Shown here: one piece after another, positions 52,906-62,368 of the stretch | How positions within the stretch are numbered: the first letter of the stretch is position 1 | How the letters are laid out: every line of letters starts with the position of its first letter | Source: a virus | Taxonomy: Duplodnaviria; Caudoviricetes | Direction: 5' to 3' (one strand) | DNA length: 64,000 nucleotides | IMG/VR virus record: IMGVR_UViG_3300037067_013742 | Span: 165,065 to 229,064 of that record | The notes under the pieces: generated by a model | Database searches by the model: none | What the model was told of the DNA's origin: nothing | The model's input: the letters and a program-made list of their open reading frames with translations, nothing else | Translations under genes and position numbers: made by a program

Positions 52906-55900
52906 CTACTTTTTCTCCTATCTCCCTTTCAATCATCTTAATATATCTGGCAATCTCTTTGCCATAATCCGACTTCTCAAAGGTGCCATACCTCTCGAAC
53001 CTTCTAATTAGAGGATATCTGCTATTTATCTGTTCTATTAAATTCTTCGTTGCTCCTTCCTCTTCCTTTTGCTGAGACCCTATACTGAGAAAGCTAGAGA
53101 TTATCTCAGACTTGGTATCTTTATAAAAACGGACAGTTGTTGTTAGCGCCATGTTTGAACGAGAGCGGCCATATCGTGTATAACCACCTTTATCGAGTAA
53201 CTCTTTGGCCTTCTTGGCTCCTCTACAAAAGTTCTGGAGTGGAAGGAAATCAACTCCATCAATATATTTTCCTATCTCCATCCAGAATTCTAGATCTCCC
53301 TCCTCTCGTGCGGCCTCTATATATGCCGTTTCTGGATCTCCAAGATATTTCTCTAATGCCTTTTCAGTATAGTCATATAAGGAGGTCCATCCCTGCGCCT
53401 CTTCTAGGAACTTTGAATAAGAGCCTCGATTCAAACCATATAAGACTACCGAGTTATCACTCTCTTTTAGAAACTGTAGAATATCGTTTATGTTTCTTGG
53501 TTCAATTAGCCCGTCGCCTGATTTGAATTCGGCCTGGTCTCCTTCGTAGATAACATAGACTTGGGGATTGTTTGGGTCCAAGGTTATCGTTTGCCAAAAG
53601 TCTTTCATGGCAGAACGGGAGCGATCAGGAGGCTTAAATAGATGTCCTTTATAATGTCGTTTGACAACTGGCGCCTGAGGTTTAGTACTGGCTACTCCTA
53701 CAGTTCTTGTATAGTGAATCTTGGGAAGTGTAGACACGTTTATTAGTTGGTCGGCCGGCATTCCTGCTGTCGTTAGGGTAGTTAGGACATAGTCTCTGTC
53801 CCCATTTATAACTAGAGCCTTTTTAGAATCCGGTTCTGACCTTAACCAGGCACCTATTCTTTTTGAGCCGACTGTTTCTTTTAGGTCGTTATAAAATATA
53901 ATAACTTCTTTTGACGGGCTAATTTTAGAGCTTACTTCATAGCTGCTACAGCGTCTCTTTCCACGCCATCCACTACTTACAGAAAACCGTCTGATGCCAG
54001 TGTTGTTATCAAGAGAAACCTCATATCCTCTTGTAACTGCATGTCCGTTCCACTCTAGCCCGGCTGTTGTTAGTGTAGAAAAGTCGTAGAGAGGGCTGTC
54101 GTAGTTATCCCAGAAAAGTTCTCCAGCAAGAATGTGGGCCTCCCAGAGACTTTGGGCTTTAGAGATTTTTTCTTTACACTTTACTAATATCTCGCTATGA
54201 ATTTCTGTTGCTCTTTTGGATAGAGTAGCCTTTGTTTTTATAGAGTCGTGGAGTTCTTCTCTTGAGGCGGCAACTTCTAGCTCGCCAATATTAAATTCTA
54301 TCTCCACCCCGAGGTTAAAAATCTCTCTTACGTCTCCATCAAAAGAGTTAGTAATTGGATAAGCAACATTCCCCATAATAGCTAGGGAATTACGACCATA
54401 TCTGGACCCTTGGTTCCCGTAGATCTTCCAGCCTGTCCCATCTAGAAGGATATTGTTTTCATTCCTAAAGGTAATTGGGCTTCCGGTGATTACCGGCTTT
54501 ACTTTAAAATGCTGAAGAACTTCTTTTGCAGCTTGGCTAAAGGTATTTATATCTCCGGTTTTAATACCAATAGAAATCTCGAGGCCAGAAGGGTCTGAGC
54601 TATCTTCTTCTGTGAGAAGTGCGACTTTTGGAAAACCCTCTTCCCCCTTAAACATAGAGTAGACTCTCTTCTGTCCACCATTATATGAGGTAACTATAAA
54701 GGAATCAGAGTATCCAAACGGGCTCTTGCTGTTGTGCAAAACAAAGTCGCTAACGTAACTATTATCTTCCTCTGTAGTTACATTATAAACAGTTGTGTCT
54801 AATTCAATCTGCCTAACTGTATTAACTGGACGAAGTAGATAGTCTCCCTTACGAAAACTACAGCGCCACTTGGCGTCTCGGTTATAAGTAGTCGTCCAAC
54901 GTTTATGATGTGGCATATAGCCTACAGAACCCCACTTCCCCTCTACCATCATTAGAGTACGAACGCCCCATGCTAGTTGGGCAGAGGTTACCCCAAACGA
55001 AAATGTTTGTCTGGTTGAACTGCCGTCACCATCTAATACGCCTCTCAAGAATCCTAGACGGGCGGCGTTGGGGCCTTGGAAGATCATCGTTGGAACGTGT
55101 TTGTTGATAGACCCCTTACCGCACAGGGCTTCGAGTAGCCGAGCTAACGGAAGACAAGTAGCTACTAATTCTACTCCTTTAGACTTCTCTATGTCTCTTG
55201 GGTATTTTTTGAACCTGACGCCGAAGCGATTGAGCGCAATTTGGATGAATCTATCAGCAATCTCTACCTCGTCCTGGTGTAGCGCGATATCAATTGACTT
55301 TCCCTTTCCGATCGACCCTTCGGCGGCATATAGGCCAAGAAACCAGCCCATCTCTTCATCAAGCTCTAGCCTTTCAGGAAAGTTTGGCCATGTAAAAGTT
55401 CGTGAGGACCTTATAACTTTAGGATTGGTTTTAGTTTTAAACTCCATATTGGAGAGAGCGGTACAGAGTCCTTCCGAAAAACTAAACTTCTTAGGGAGGA
55501 AGTTTATTGTATCGATCGTAGTTGTCGTCTCTTCAATTGTTGCTGGTAAAACGACGTAACTATTCCATTGTCCAATTCCCTTTGTCTTTTTTCTATACCC
55601 ACTTTTGATCTCCCAGGGCCTCAACCAATTTGTTTTGCCCTCTCTGTCGGCAACGAGGACAGGGTGCTCGTCTGTTAAGACCAGTGGTGGGCCTCCCTGT
55701 GCAAGATGGATTTCGTATCCTTTTCCCGTATGCTGTCGTGACATGACCTCGGTAACTTTACGAAAGCGGCCTTTATGAGTTAGGACAAGATCCCCAACTT
55801 TTAGCTCTTCAATTGGGCACATTCCATTTATCGTTATGATTGGCTGGCCCTTAAGTAAGCACCCAAGACCAAGGCATCCAGCATAAGCGTTACTGGTAGT

Positions 55901-56215
55901 CCTTGTACTCTCAAAGTAGGTAGTATAGATATCTATGATTCCATCATGCGAAAGCCCGGCGCCAAAATCCCTGATCTTAAGAGTCGGATCCATGGCGTTG
56001 GGTAGGTGAACCTCAAACTGAGTGTCAGCTTTACCAGCCTCTACCTGGGCATCATAAGCGTTAGTAGATAGCTCTCTGATAATAGCCTTGGGGACATTGT
56101 TATAGAGTTTAGAAGATAGGATATCAAAAGCTTTGCTACTAGCCTTTATAGAGAAGGCACTTTCCGCAAAGGCCCCACTTCTGGTTACACTATTGATGAT
56201 CTTTTCTACTTCCAT
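52898..56215 (-). CDS. rIIA: rIIA-like protein (GHKL ATPase N-terminus) containing an intein (mature about 728 aa)
   Basis: KAFDILSSKLY, AIIRELSTNAYDA, IRDFGAGLS, YFESTR, GCLGLG|intein|SKSPFGY, MGNVAYPI. Confidence 0.88.
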   Translation of the reverse strand: MEVEKIINSVTRSGAFAESAFSIKASSKAFDILSSKLYNNVPKAIIRELSTNAYDAQVEAGKADTQFEVHLPNAMDPTLKIRDFGAGLSHDGIIDIYTTYFESTRTTSNAYAGCLGLGCLLKGQPIITINGMCPIEELKVGDLVLTHKGRFRKVTEVMSRQHTGKGYEIHLAQGGPPLVLTDEHPVLVADREGKTNWLRPWEIKSGYRKKTKGIGQWNSYVVLPATIEETTTTIDTINFLPKKFSFSEGLCTALSNMEFKTKTNPKVIRSSRTFTWPNFPERLELDEEMGWFLGLYAAEGSIGKGKSIDIALHQDEVEIADRFIQIALNRFGVRFKKYPRDIEKSKGVELVATCLPLARLLEALCGKGSINKHVPTMIFQGPNAARLGFLRGVLDGDGSSTRQTFSFGVTSAQLAWGVRTLMMVEGKWGSVGYMPHHKRWTTTYNRDAKWRCSFRKGDYLLRPVNTVRQIELDTTVYNVTTEEDNSYVSDFVLHNSKSPFGYSDSFIVTSYNGGQKRVYSMFKGEEGFPKVALLTEEDSSDPSGLEISIGIKTGDINTFSQAAKEVLQHFKVKPVITGSPITFRNENNILLDGTGWKIYGNQGSRYGRNSLAIMGNVAYPITNSFDGDVREIFNLGVEIEFNIGELEVAASREELHDSIKTKATLSKRATEIHSEILVKCKEKISKAQSLWEAHILAGELFWDNYDSPLYDFSTLTTAGLEWNGHAVTRGYEVSLDNNTGIRRFSVSSGWRGKRRCSSYEVSSKISPSKEVIIFYNDLKETVGSKRIGAWLRSEPDSKKALVINGDRDYVLTTLTTAGMPADQLINVSTLPKIHYTRTVGVASTKPQAPVVKRHYKGHLFKPPDRSRSAMKDFWQTITLDPNNPQVYVIYEGDQAEFKSGDGLIEPRNINDILQFLKESDNSVVLYGLNRGSYSKFLEEAQGWTSLYDYTEKALEKYLGDPETAYIEAAREEGDLEFWMEIGKYIDGVDFLPLQNFCRGAKKAKELLDKGGYTRYGRSRSNMALTTTVRFYKDTKSEIISSFLSIGSQQKEEEGATKNLIEQINSRYPLIRRFERYGTFEKSDYGKEIARYIKMIEREIGEKVDE
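54731..55861 (-). mobile_element. rIIA intein with LAGLIDADG domain (377 aa)
   Basis: CLLKGQPI, LTDEHP, FLGLYAAEG, FLRGVLDGDG, FVLHN|S. Confidence 0.9.
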
Positions 56216-56400
56216 TCTCTCCTCTCTCTTCTAGATTACTATTACTAAAACTACTTTTTTCTTTTAAGTGGGTTTAGATATCTGGAGAAGATTTCTCTTC
56301 TTACGGGACTGGTTATTTGGCGCGTATCTTTTCCTGGAAGCTTCTTAATCGGCACGGGTTTCATAGGACGAATCTTATTCCCTTCTTTTATTTGATTATA

Positions 56401-57632
56401 CTACTCTATTGGGTAGGGAACTTCCATTATCTGTTGTAGTGATGCGCGTGGAATGACGATTCGGCGTGTTCCAGAAGCAGAGCTAACCTCTAGCAAGATA
56501 GTATCGGTCATTATTTCTGTTACCGACCAACACTCAATGTGTGAGAACTTAATTGGCGGATAGCTCTTGCCGGATCGCGAGTCGTCTCGATAGGAGAGAA
56601 CTAGAGCGGAGTCTGTCTTCGGTACGAAACAATCCATTTTCTTCTCCTCTACAGGAGCCAAAGGCCCCTTCTCTTACCCTCTACTTCGTCTATTATCTCA
56701 ACAACTAGAGCTCTTAGTTTGATTGTGATGTTTGTATAGGCATCTGACAGATCGTCTGATTCTTTATCTTCTTCCTGATCCAGGAAGGTCTTCATCACTT
56801 TTTCCGCCCTGTCCGGAAAGATAGAAAGAACTTTCTTCTGATGATCTTCTGAGAGACTGCTAAACCTCTTGTCTAATTCTGGAGTAATGATCTCTTCAGT
56901 AGGATCTCTATCTAGTATATTAAGTATTGCATCTAGCGGATCTTTGCTCATTCTCTTCTTCTAGTTCCTTTCTACATATCTCATAATTGACCCACTGGAT
57001 ATAGCAGTGATGCATATCTAGTGGGCAGACAGCTACAGCGGGTACTGTATATTCAAATTCGCACCCGCAAGTAAGGCATCTGAAGTGTGGTCTTGTTTTC
57101 ATTCTACTTGTAGTAGTAGAAATTTCCATGGCAGGTAAGAATCCCAGTTTCTACATAGGCGTCCAAGATTGCTCTCATTACTTTATGGTAGGTTTTGTCT
57201 TCTAAGGGAGAGAGTTTTCTTAGCGCGAGACAAATTTCTTCAAGTGAGGCGGAACCTACATTCATTATGTAAAACTTGGCTTCTTGCTCTATACCGATGA
57301 GCTCAGTTTTTTCTTGGGTCATGAAACTCATCTTCTAAGAAACCATCGGGGTTGTCTATCCCTGCCTCTAGCCTTAATCTTATGCCGTTCATAATTTCTC
57401 TATATGTCTTTAAGGTATGTAGAGCAAGATGTCTGCCTACTGCATCTGGGGAGAAGGTAGCCGACCATCTCTGTCGGGAGAAGATCTTTCTTGATTTTAG
57501 ATCTTCTTTAGTTGCTTCCGGGTAAACAACGTAGGTCTCTACCTCGGTAAGGTCGCTTTTAATATGAAGAACAACCCCCGCCTCACTAATATGAGTTTCT
57601 AAAATCTCAAATGGTAGGTCATTCTGCTTCAT
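56401..57632 (-). CDS. Cluster of five short hypothetical ORFs (56401-56661, 56649-56951, 56920-57129, 57104-57331, 57303-57632)
   Basis: Overlapping coupled ORFs; 56920..57129 has CxxC...CP...H.C. Confidence 0.5.
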
Positions 57633-57767
57633 TAATTAAGCCGCCTTCTTCGGTTTTCTTGTTCTCGCGCGATCTCTTGAAGCAGTCTAACCCCTCCGGG
57701 TATCCATTGCCAAGGCCTAAAGAGAAGGTATATCAGGCCACCAAACCCCAAGCCAATTGAATGCATT

Positions 57768-58286
57768 TTACTCCTGCTTCGATGGGTCGAGGACTAAGAT
57801 TTCTAGCCCGGCCTGTTTTGCTCTCTTAATCATGTCGGCTGTACCTCCTTTAAGATCTCCGTTCCAGATAGCTAGTAGGAGGCTATGCTTACTCCCCTTC
57901 AACCAGTCCGCCATAGCCTGGTTCCTCTCTATCATGCACTGGGGGCCAGGATAGGGACCGTTATGGACGTAGATAATCTCTTCTGCCTTGCGGAGGAGGC
58001 TCATATACCGGTCCTGAGATTCGGTTGGCCATTTATTTTCTTGTCCCCAGCAAGGACAGAAGGCTTTGAATGGGACATCTTCCCAATAGCAAACAGCTGC
58101 AAAGAACAAATCTGCTCCGAGAGCCATTCCGGTACAAGCCTTTAGCTCTGTGCCAGGCTTGTTCTTTAGCTCGAATACGTGTCCACGCATCCACTTTCGA
58201 ATCATTACGGCGTGGGCATTATCCCAGTCATATTGGCAAGGGAGTTTATTAGGCCGGTGACCAGTTATACCAATCCTAAATTCCAT
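57768..58286 (-). CDS. SLOG superfamily YspA/DUF1273-like protein
   Basis: GITGHRP, GMALGAD, Q..KW, RN..M, WNG...GGT. Confidence 0.85.
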   Translation of the reverse strand: MEFRIGITGHRPNKLPCQYDWDNAHAVMIRKWMRGHVFELKNKPGTELKACTGMALGADLFFAAVCYWEDVPFKAFCPCWGQENKWPTESQDRYMSLLRKAEEIIYVHNGPYPGPQCMIERNQAMADWLKGSKHSLLLAIWNGDLKGGTADMIKRAKQAGLEILVLDPSKQE

Positions 58287-58315
58287 GAAGGCCTCCTGAA
58301 GATACTTACAAGAAC

Positions 58316-59098
58316 TTACTTAGTCCCTAAAGGTCGGTGTAGCCAATTGCGGAAGGAGCTTATGTAGTTTTCGCCGGAGTAGTCGGCGGGGGTCGCGGCG
58401 ATAGGCTTCGGGTCGCAGTCGTCGACGGCCTGTCGGCAGTCGGCGCAGTAGTTCCATCCGCCCGTTCGGTGCGAGATCGGCTGCACCCCGCACCGCGAGC
58501 ACATTACCGGGGCTGGCGGCGCGCAGTCTCCGGAGCAATGGCGCGCATCGACCTCGCAGCATCCTCCGTTCCCGCTCCAGCCGGCGCATCCTCCGCGTGG
58601 ATCGCCGAGCTCGGTCGCATGGCTGGCCTCCTCCCGCCCGAGCGCCATGGCGAGGCGGGTGCGGTTGATCTCGTAGTGGCAAGCCGATCCTCTGCTGGTG
58701 AGTTTGAGGATGCCGGCCCTTGCGCCCCACGACGTCACAGCTTCGGTGCAGGCCGTCGCGATGATGCGGAGGCTCGTTGCGTGGCGGTTGTGTTCGAGGG
58801 TCTCGGCCCACTCGTTCAGCGCCCGCCCCTCCTCCGTCAACTCGCCGTCTGCGGTGCGGAGGCAGACGAGATCGCGGGCGAGGCGGCACCGGCCCTGGGC
58901 ACCGATCACCACCTCGCACAGTCGCCCCTCTGGGCTCTGGCGGCCTGACCATGAGGACACCACCGCGCGCATCCCAAGCCACTGGTCGCGCTTCGGTGGA
59001 TCTCGCCGCCCCACCAGCACCTCGGCCCCCGCCACGATCCGTGGGTCGCCATCGAGGTCCGGCCACGTCGATCCCGAACCCTCTGCGAAGTCAGTCAT
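58316..59098 (-). CDS. GC-rich hypothetical protein with Cys-rich C-terminus
   Basis: ATG with a native AGGAG-type SD; sequence is visibly far more GC-rich than its flanks. Confidence 0.55.
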   Translation of the reverse strand: MTDFAEGSGSTWPDLDGDPRIVAGAEVLVGRRDPPKRDQWLGMRAVVSSWSGRQSPEGRLCEVVIGAQGRCRLARDLVCLRTADGELTEEGRALNEWAETLEHNRHATSLRIIATACTEAVTSWGARAGILKLTSRGSACHYEINRTRLAMALGREEASHATELGDPRGGCAGWSGNGGCCEVDARHCSGDCAPPAPVMCSRCGVQPISHRTGGWNYCADCRQAVDDCDPKPIAATPADYSGENYISSFRNWLHRPLGTK

Positions 59099-59114
59099 AA
59101 TTATCTATCCTCTC

Positions 59115-59342
59115 CTACTTTTCTGTAATTGTAAGTGTTATCCTGTAGTCTGAAGTAGTATCAGAAACTACTCCATCCTTGTCTGTTTGGCCGGCGAAGA
59201 CCCTGAAACCTTCTTTCCCGTGGAAGAGGGGGTCTCGAATTGATAGTTCCGCCTCTGCGTTTTTGAAATCTATATTGTAATACTCAATAAGAAGGTTAAT
59301 GATTTCTTGTGGTAGTAAAGATGCATTAAATTTTCTTGTCAT
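59115..59342 (-). CDS. Hypothetical protein; first gene of the leftward block
   Basis: ORF with GAGG SD. Confidence 0.5.
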   Translation of the reverse strand: MTRKFNASLLPQEIINLLIEYYNIDFKNAEAELSIRDPLFHGKEGFRVFAGQTDKDGVVSDTTSDYRITLTITEK

Positions 59343-59456
59343 CTGAATTTCCTCTCTACTATAGTCTTAAAATAAACTTGCTAGAATCTTTAGTTTGCCC
59401 TACCCCCCGAAGATCCTATATGATACCGATATGAGTTCTGTATCGGGAGGAATCAT

Positions 59457-60653
59457 ATGGCTCTAAGAGATATGTTTAATCGAGTTAAGGTCATCATCGG
59501 AGGTATGAGGAGCGATGCGGCTCCGGTCATTGCCGACGGCGATCCCGCACCTCTTAGACTAAATGCTGACTCCGAGCTTATGGTTTCTGTATCTAGCACA
59601 GTCGGCGAACAAGATGTCAATATAGACGAAGTTGGCGGAACTGCTACCGAAAATGGTGGCGCTGCTGGTCTTCTTGGTGTCGGCGTAAACCGTTGGGGCG
59701 GAACAGCAGTAGCCAATGGCGGAGTAGCTGGTCTACCTGGTGCCGGAATAAATAAGTGGGGTGGAACCGACGTAGTAACTGGTGGAGTCGCTGGTCTTCC
59801 CGGTGTTGGTCTCAATAAAATTGGTAGTACCGATGTAGTCGATGGCGGTCCCTCCGGAACTCTTGGTATTGGTGGTCCCGTTGCTCATGACGTAGCGTCT
59901 ACTCAGAACCCAGTCCTGGCTGGTGCCATTGCTACTGCTAACCCTCAAGCTGCGGTTACTGAGGGTAGGCTCTCTCAGCTTTCGACTAACCTTACCGGCT
60001 GGTTGAGAACTCTTGGAGATATAACCCATATTGGTTCTACTGCCGTGGTTAGCTCTGGTCTTGCTGGCGTCCTTCCAGTCGGCGGAACTGGGGCGGATGA
60101 AGCTGCTCCCTCAGCAGCCTACTCCGTAAGAGTTGCCGGTATTGTAAGAAAAATTCTCACATCTCTTACTGATACCTACAAGCAGAGTCTCTTGGTAGAT
60201 GGGTATGGGCGTCTATGGAGTCGTAGTGCTGCTTATGACGATGTTGCCGCAGCTGATAGGGTTAGTTGTAATACTATCGCCGATGATAGGGATGAATCAG
60301 CTCAGGTTTGGGCAGCGGATACAAACGTTGCAGCTACGACTACTTACTACCCATCCTCCTCTGGATATGAGATTGGTAATAGAGATCAGCTAGTTATTCA
60401 ATTAACGATGACCGACAATACAACTACTATAGAGGCTTCCAATAATGGTACTACTTGGATAGATGTAACACCAACTGTACTTGATATGGAAACAGGGACT
60501 TATCTTAATGCTTCTTTTGCTTGTGGTGCTGGGGCGTCTGATAACTGGATGCTAGACCTGGATGGTTTCGGTCCTAGGTATGTTAGGTGCGCAGTTCTTA
60601 CTCCTGATGCTGGTAATGCTGCTGGCATAATTGCTTTTACTCGTAAGCGGTAA
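59457..60653 (+). CDS. Putative virion structural protein with 21-aa Gly-rich repeats
   Basis: GGAGG SD; Gly/Ala/Thr-rich; first gene after the strand switch. Confidence 0.6.
   Translation: MALRDMFNRVKVIIGGMRSDAAPVIADGDPAPLRLNADSELMVSVSSTVGEQDVNIDEVGGTATENGGAAGLLGVGVNRWGGTAVANGGVAGLPGAGINKWGGTDVVTGGVAGLPGVGLNKIGSTDVVDGGPSGTLGIGGPVAHDVASTQNPVLAGAIATANPQAAVTEGRLSQLSTNLTGWLRTLGDITHIGSTAVVSSGLAGVLPVGGTGADEAAPSAAYSVRVAGIVRKILTSLTDTYKQSLLVDGYGRLWSRSAAYDDVAAADRVSCNTIADDRDESAQVWAADTNVAATTTYYPSSSGYEIGNRDQLVIQLTMTDNTTTIEASNNGTTWIDVTPTVLDMETGTYLNASFACGAGASDNWMLDLDGFGPRYVRCAVLTPDAGNAAGIIAFTRKR
59613..59870 (+). repeat. Four tandem 63-nt (21-aa) coding repeats
   Basis: G[GS]T units at 59634, 59697, 59760 and 59823; consensus VGxNxWGGTxVxxGGVAGLPG. 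Confidence 0.8.
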
Positions 60654-60676
60654 TTTATCTAGAAGTAGGTTTAATT

Positions 60677-60994
60677 ATGATATCAGTACTATATCCAGAA
60701 GATCGTAAAGCTCCAGCAGAAGTAGATATAGCTAAAGAAGATATTAGAGCTATAGCCAAGAATATTATTCGCGCGGCGGTACCAAAGGGCGGAGCTCCTA
60801 AAACTGCCGGCGAACTTATCAAACTGGTAAGAACAAAGGCATCTGGATGTTATGTCCTCTGGCCAGAAGAAGTAATAGTTCTAATAGAAGAAGTAGCTGC
60901 TGAACGTCCAGTATCTAGTCAACTATCCTCTATTCCTAAGGTAGTAGAACCCATAGAAGAGGGAAAAGAACTTGTTGCCCCAGTGGGGAAGTAG
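60677..60994 (+). CDS. Hypothetical protein
   Basis: ORF track. Confidence 0.55.
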   Translation: MISVLYPEDRKAPAEVDIAKEDIRAIAKNIIRAAVPKGGAPKTAGELIKLVRTKASGCYVLWPEEVIVLIEEVAAERPVSSQLSSIPKVVEPIEEGKELVAPVGK

Positions 60995-60997
60995 CCC

Positions 60998-62368
60998 ATG
61001 ACCGTCGGCGAGAGAGACTTCACGCCCGAGGAGCGGGCCACGGGCTTGCTATTCAAGCTCGGCCACTCGCTCACGAGTCGTGACGCAGTCGAGCGCGGCG
61101 GCGCCACGATCGTTGGCACCGGCACGACGTTCGGGCCGGATGGGGTCACGTTCGACGGGAACGGGAACCTGCTGTACAACGTGAGCGGCCCGTCGATTCT
61201 TCGAGCTGGTTATACAATTGTGTTTACTGTGACATTTGGATCAGCACTAGACGATGATGCAGACCATATGTTCTATGACATCATAGGGACAGGCGGTCGT
61301 CAGTATCTTTGGAAGCGTTCAACTAATACATTGTATTGGGTAGCTGGGGGAGGACTTATAGCTGAGTTAGCATATGCAACTTGGAGTGTTGCCGCTGTGG
61401 CGGGAAAGAATACTTTTGTGGTATCCGTCACTTCGGAAGCAAACTATTTGTGGCTCAATGGGGTGCTCATCAAGTACGCTGCTACTGCATGGTCTTCTAT
61501 TAAAGCCGCACAGATGACTATAGGCTGTGGTTCAGGCCCCGCACAGCGGTTCGTCGGCACCATCCACCGCTTCGAGATCTACGGCAACGTCGCCACCGCC
61601 GTTGACGAGCCGCACCTCCGGCAAGGCACGCTCATCTCCGCGCTCGACGACCCGCTGGCCGTTTTGCCGGGCACGAGCTACTACAAAAACGACGCCGGCC
61701 TGTTCGTGACCGACGTTGGCGGGCGAATCGGCGGCACGGCTCTGATGGGGAGCGACGGTGCGACGGCGGCGCAGTTCCCCAAGGTCGCTCGTGAGGCCGG
61801 GCTCGTGCGAGGCTTCAGCTTCGACGGCGGTGATCAAGTAAACCTCGGGGACGACGATCGGTACTCGTTCACTGATGGGGCAGCGGACAAGCCGTTCTCA
61901 GTGGCTTTCATTGCGCGAGTAGATGACACAACTACTTATCGAGCGTTCATAACAAAGGCGACATCTTCGCTCACAGCGGGTGAGTGGTATTTCTATATGT
62001 ACAACACCAAGGTTTTGTTCTTTGGTGTTACGGATAACACGCTTGGGGGCTACGTTTACCAGGCTTCTACCTTTACTTTGAGAGCTGGTTTGCCTGTGGT
62101 TATCGTGGGAACGTATTCAGGGTCTGCTCCTGGTACGAATTTGAAAGTGTACACGAATGGTAATCGAATCACTACGGCGGCGGGGTCTGCGGGGGCTTAT
62201 ACTTGTATGCGTAATACCGCGAATCCGGTAAAAGTCGGTGTCATGGGTCCGGCTGGAATCCCAATGAACGGCTCCCTCGTCCTCCCCGTCCTTGACGACA
62301 GAGAATGGTCCCCCCTCCAGGTCCGCGCCGTGACTGCTCGTTTGCTCCGACTTGCGAGGACGCCATGA
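60998..62368 (+). CDS. LamG/concanavalin-A-like domain protein, probable tail or receptor-binding
   Basis: FDG, LWLNG, FSFDGGD, FSVAF, LKVYTNG, IG/VG motifs of two LamG-like domains. Confidence 0.65.
   Translation: MTVGERDFTPEERATGLLFKLGHSLTSRDAVERGGATIVGTGTTFGPDGVTFDGNGNLLYNVSGPSILRAGYTIVFTVTFGSALDDDADHMFYDIIGTGGRQYLWKRSTNTLYWVAGGGLIAELAYATWSVAAVAGKNTFVVSVTSEANYLWLNGVLIKYAATAWSSIKAAQMTIGCGSGPAQRFVGTIHRFEIYGNVATAVDEPHLRQGTLISALDDPLAVLPGTSYYKNDAGLFVTDVGGRIGGTALMGSDGATAAQFPKVAREAGLVRGFSFDGGDQVNLGDDDRYSFTDGAADKPFSVAFIARVDDTTTYRAFITKATSSLTAGEWYFYMYNTKVLFFGVTDNTLGGYVYQASTFTLRAGLPVVIVGTYSGSAPGTNLKVYTNGNRITTAAGSAGAYTCMRNTANPVKVGVMGPAGIPMNGSLVLPVLDDREWSPLQVRAVTARLLRLARTP

Noticed and set aside
839-58367. 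Short plus-strand ORFs throughout the leftward block
   Set aside because: Antisense to well-supported genes, with no recognisable motifs.
58320-59153. Multiple long overlapping ORFs in the GC-rich island
   Set aside because: Expected from stop-codon scarcity at high GC; only 58316..59098 has a good RBS and matches the block orientation.
31765-59425. Possible phage promoter motif CCTACC...TATGATA at about 31770-31795 and 59399-59424
   Set aside because: Only two or three instances with inconsistent spacing; insufficient evidence.
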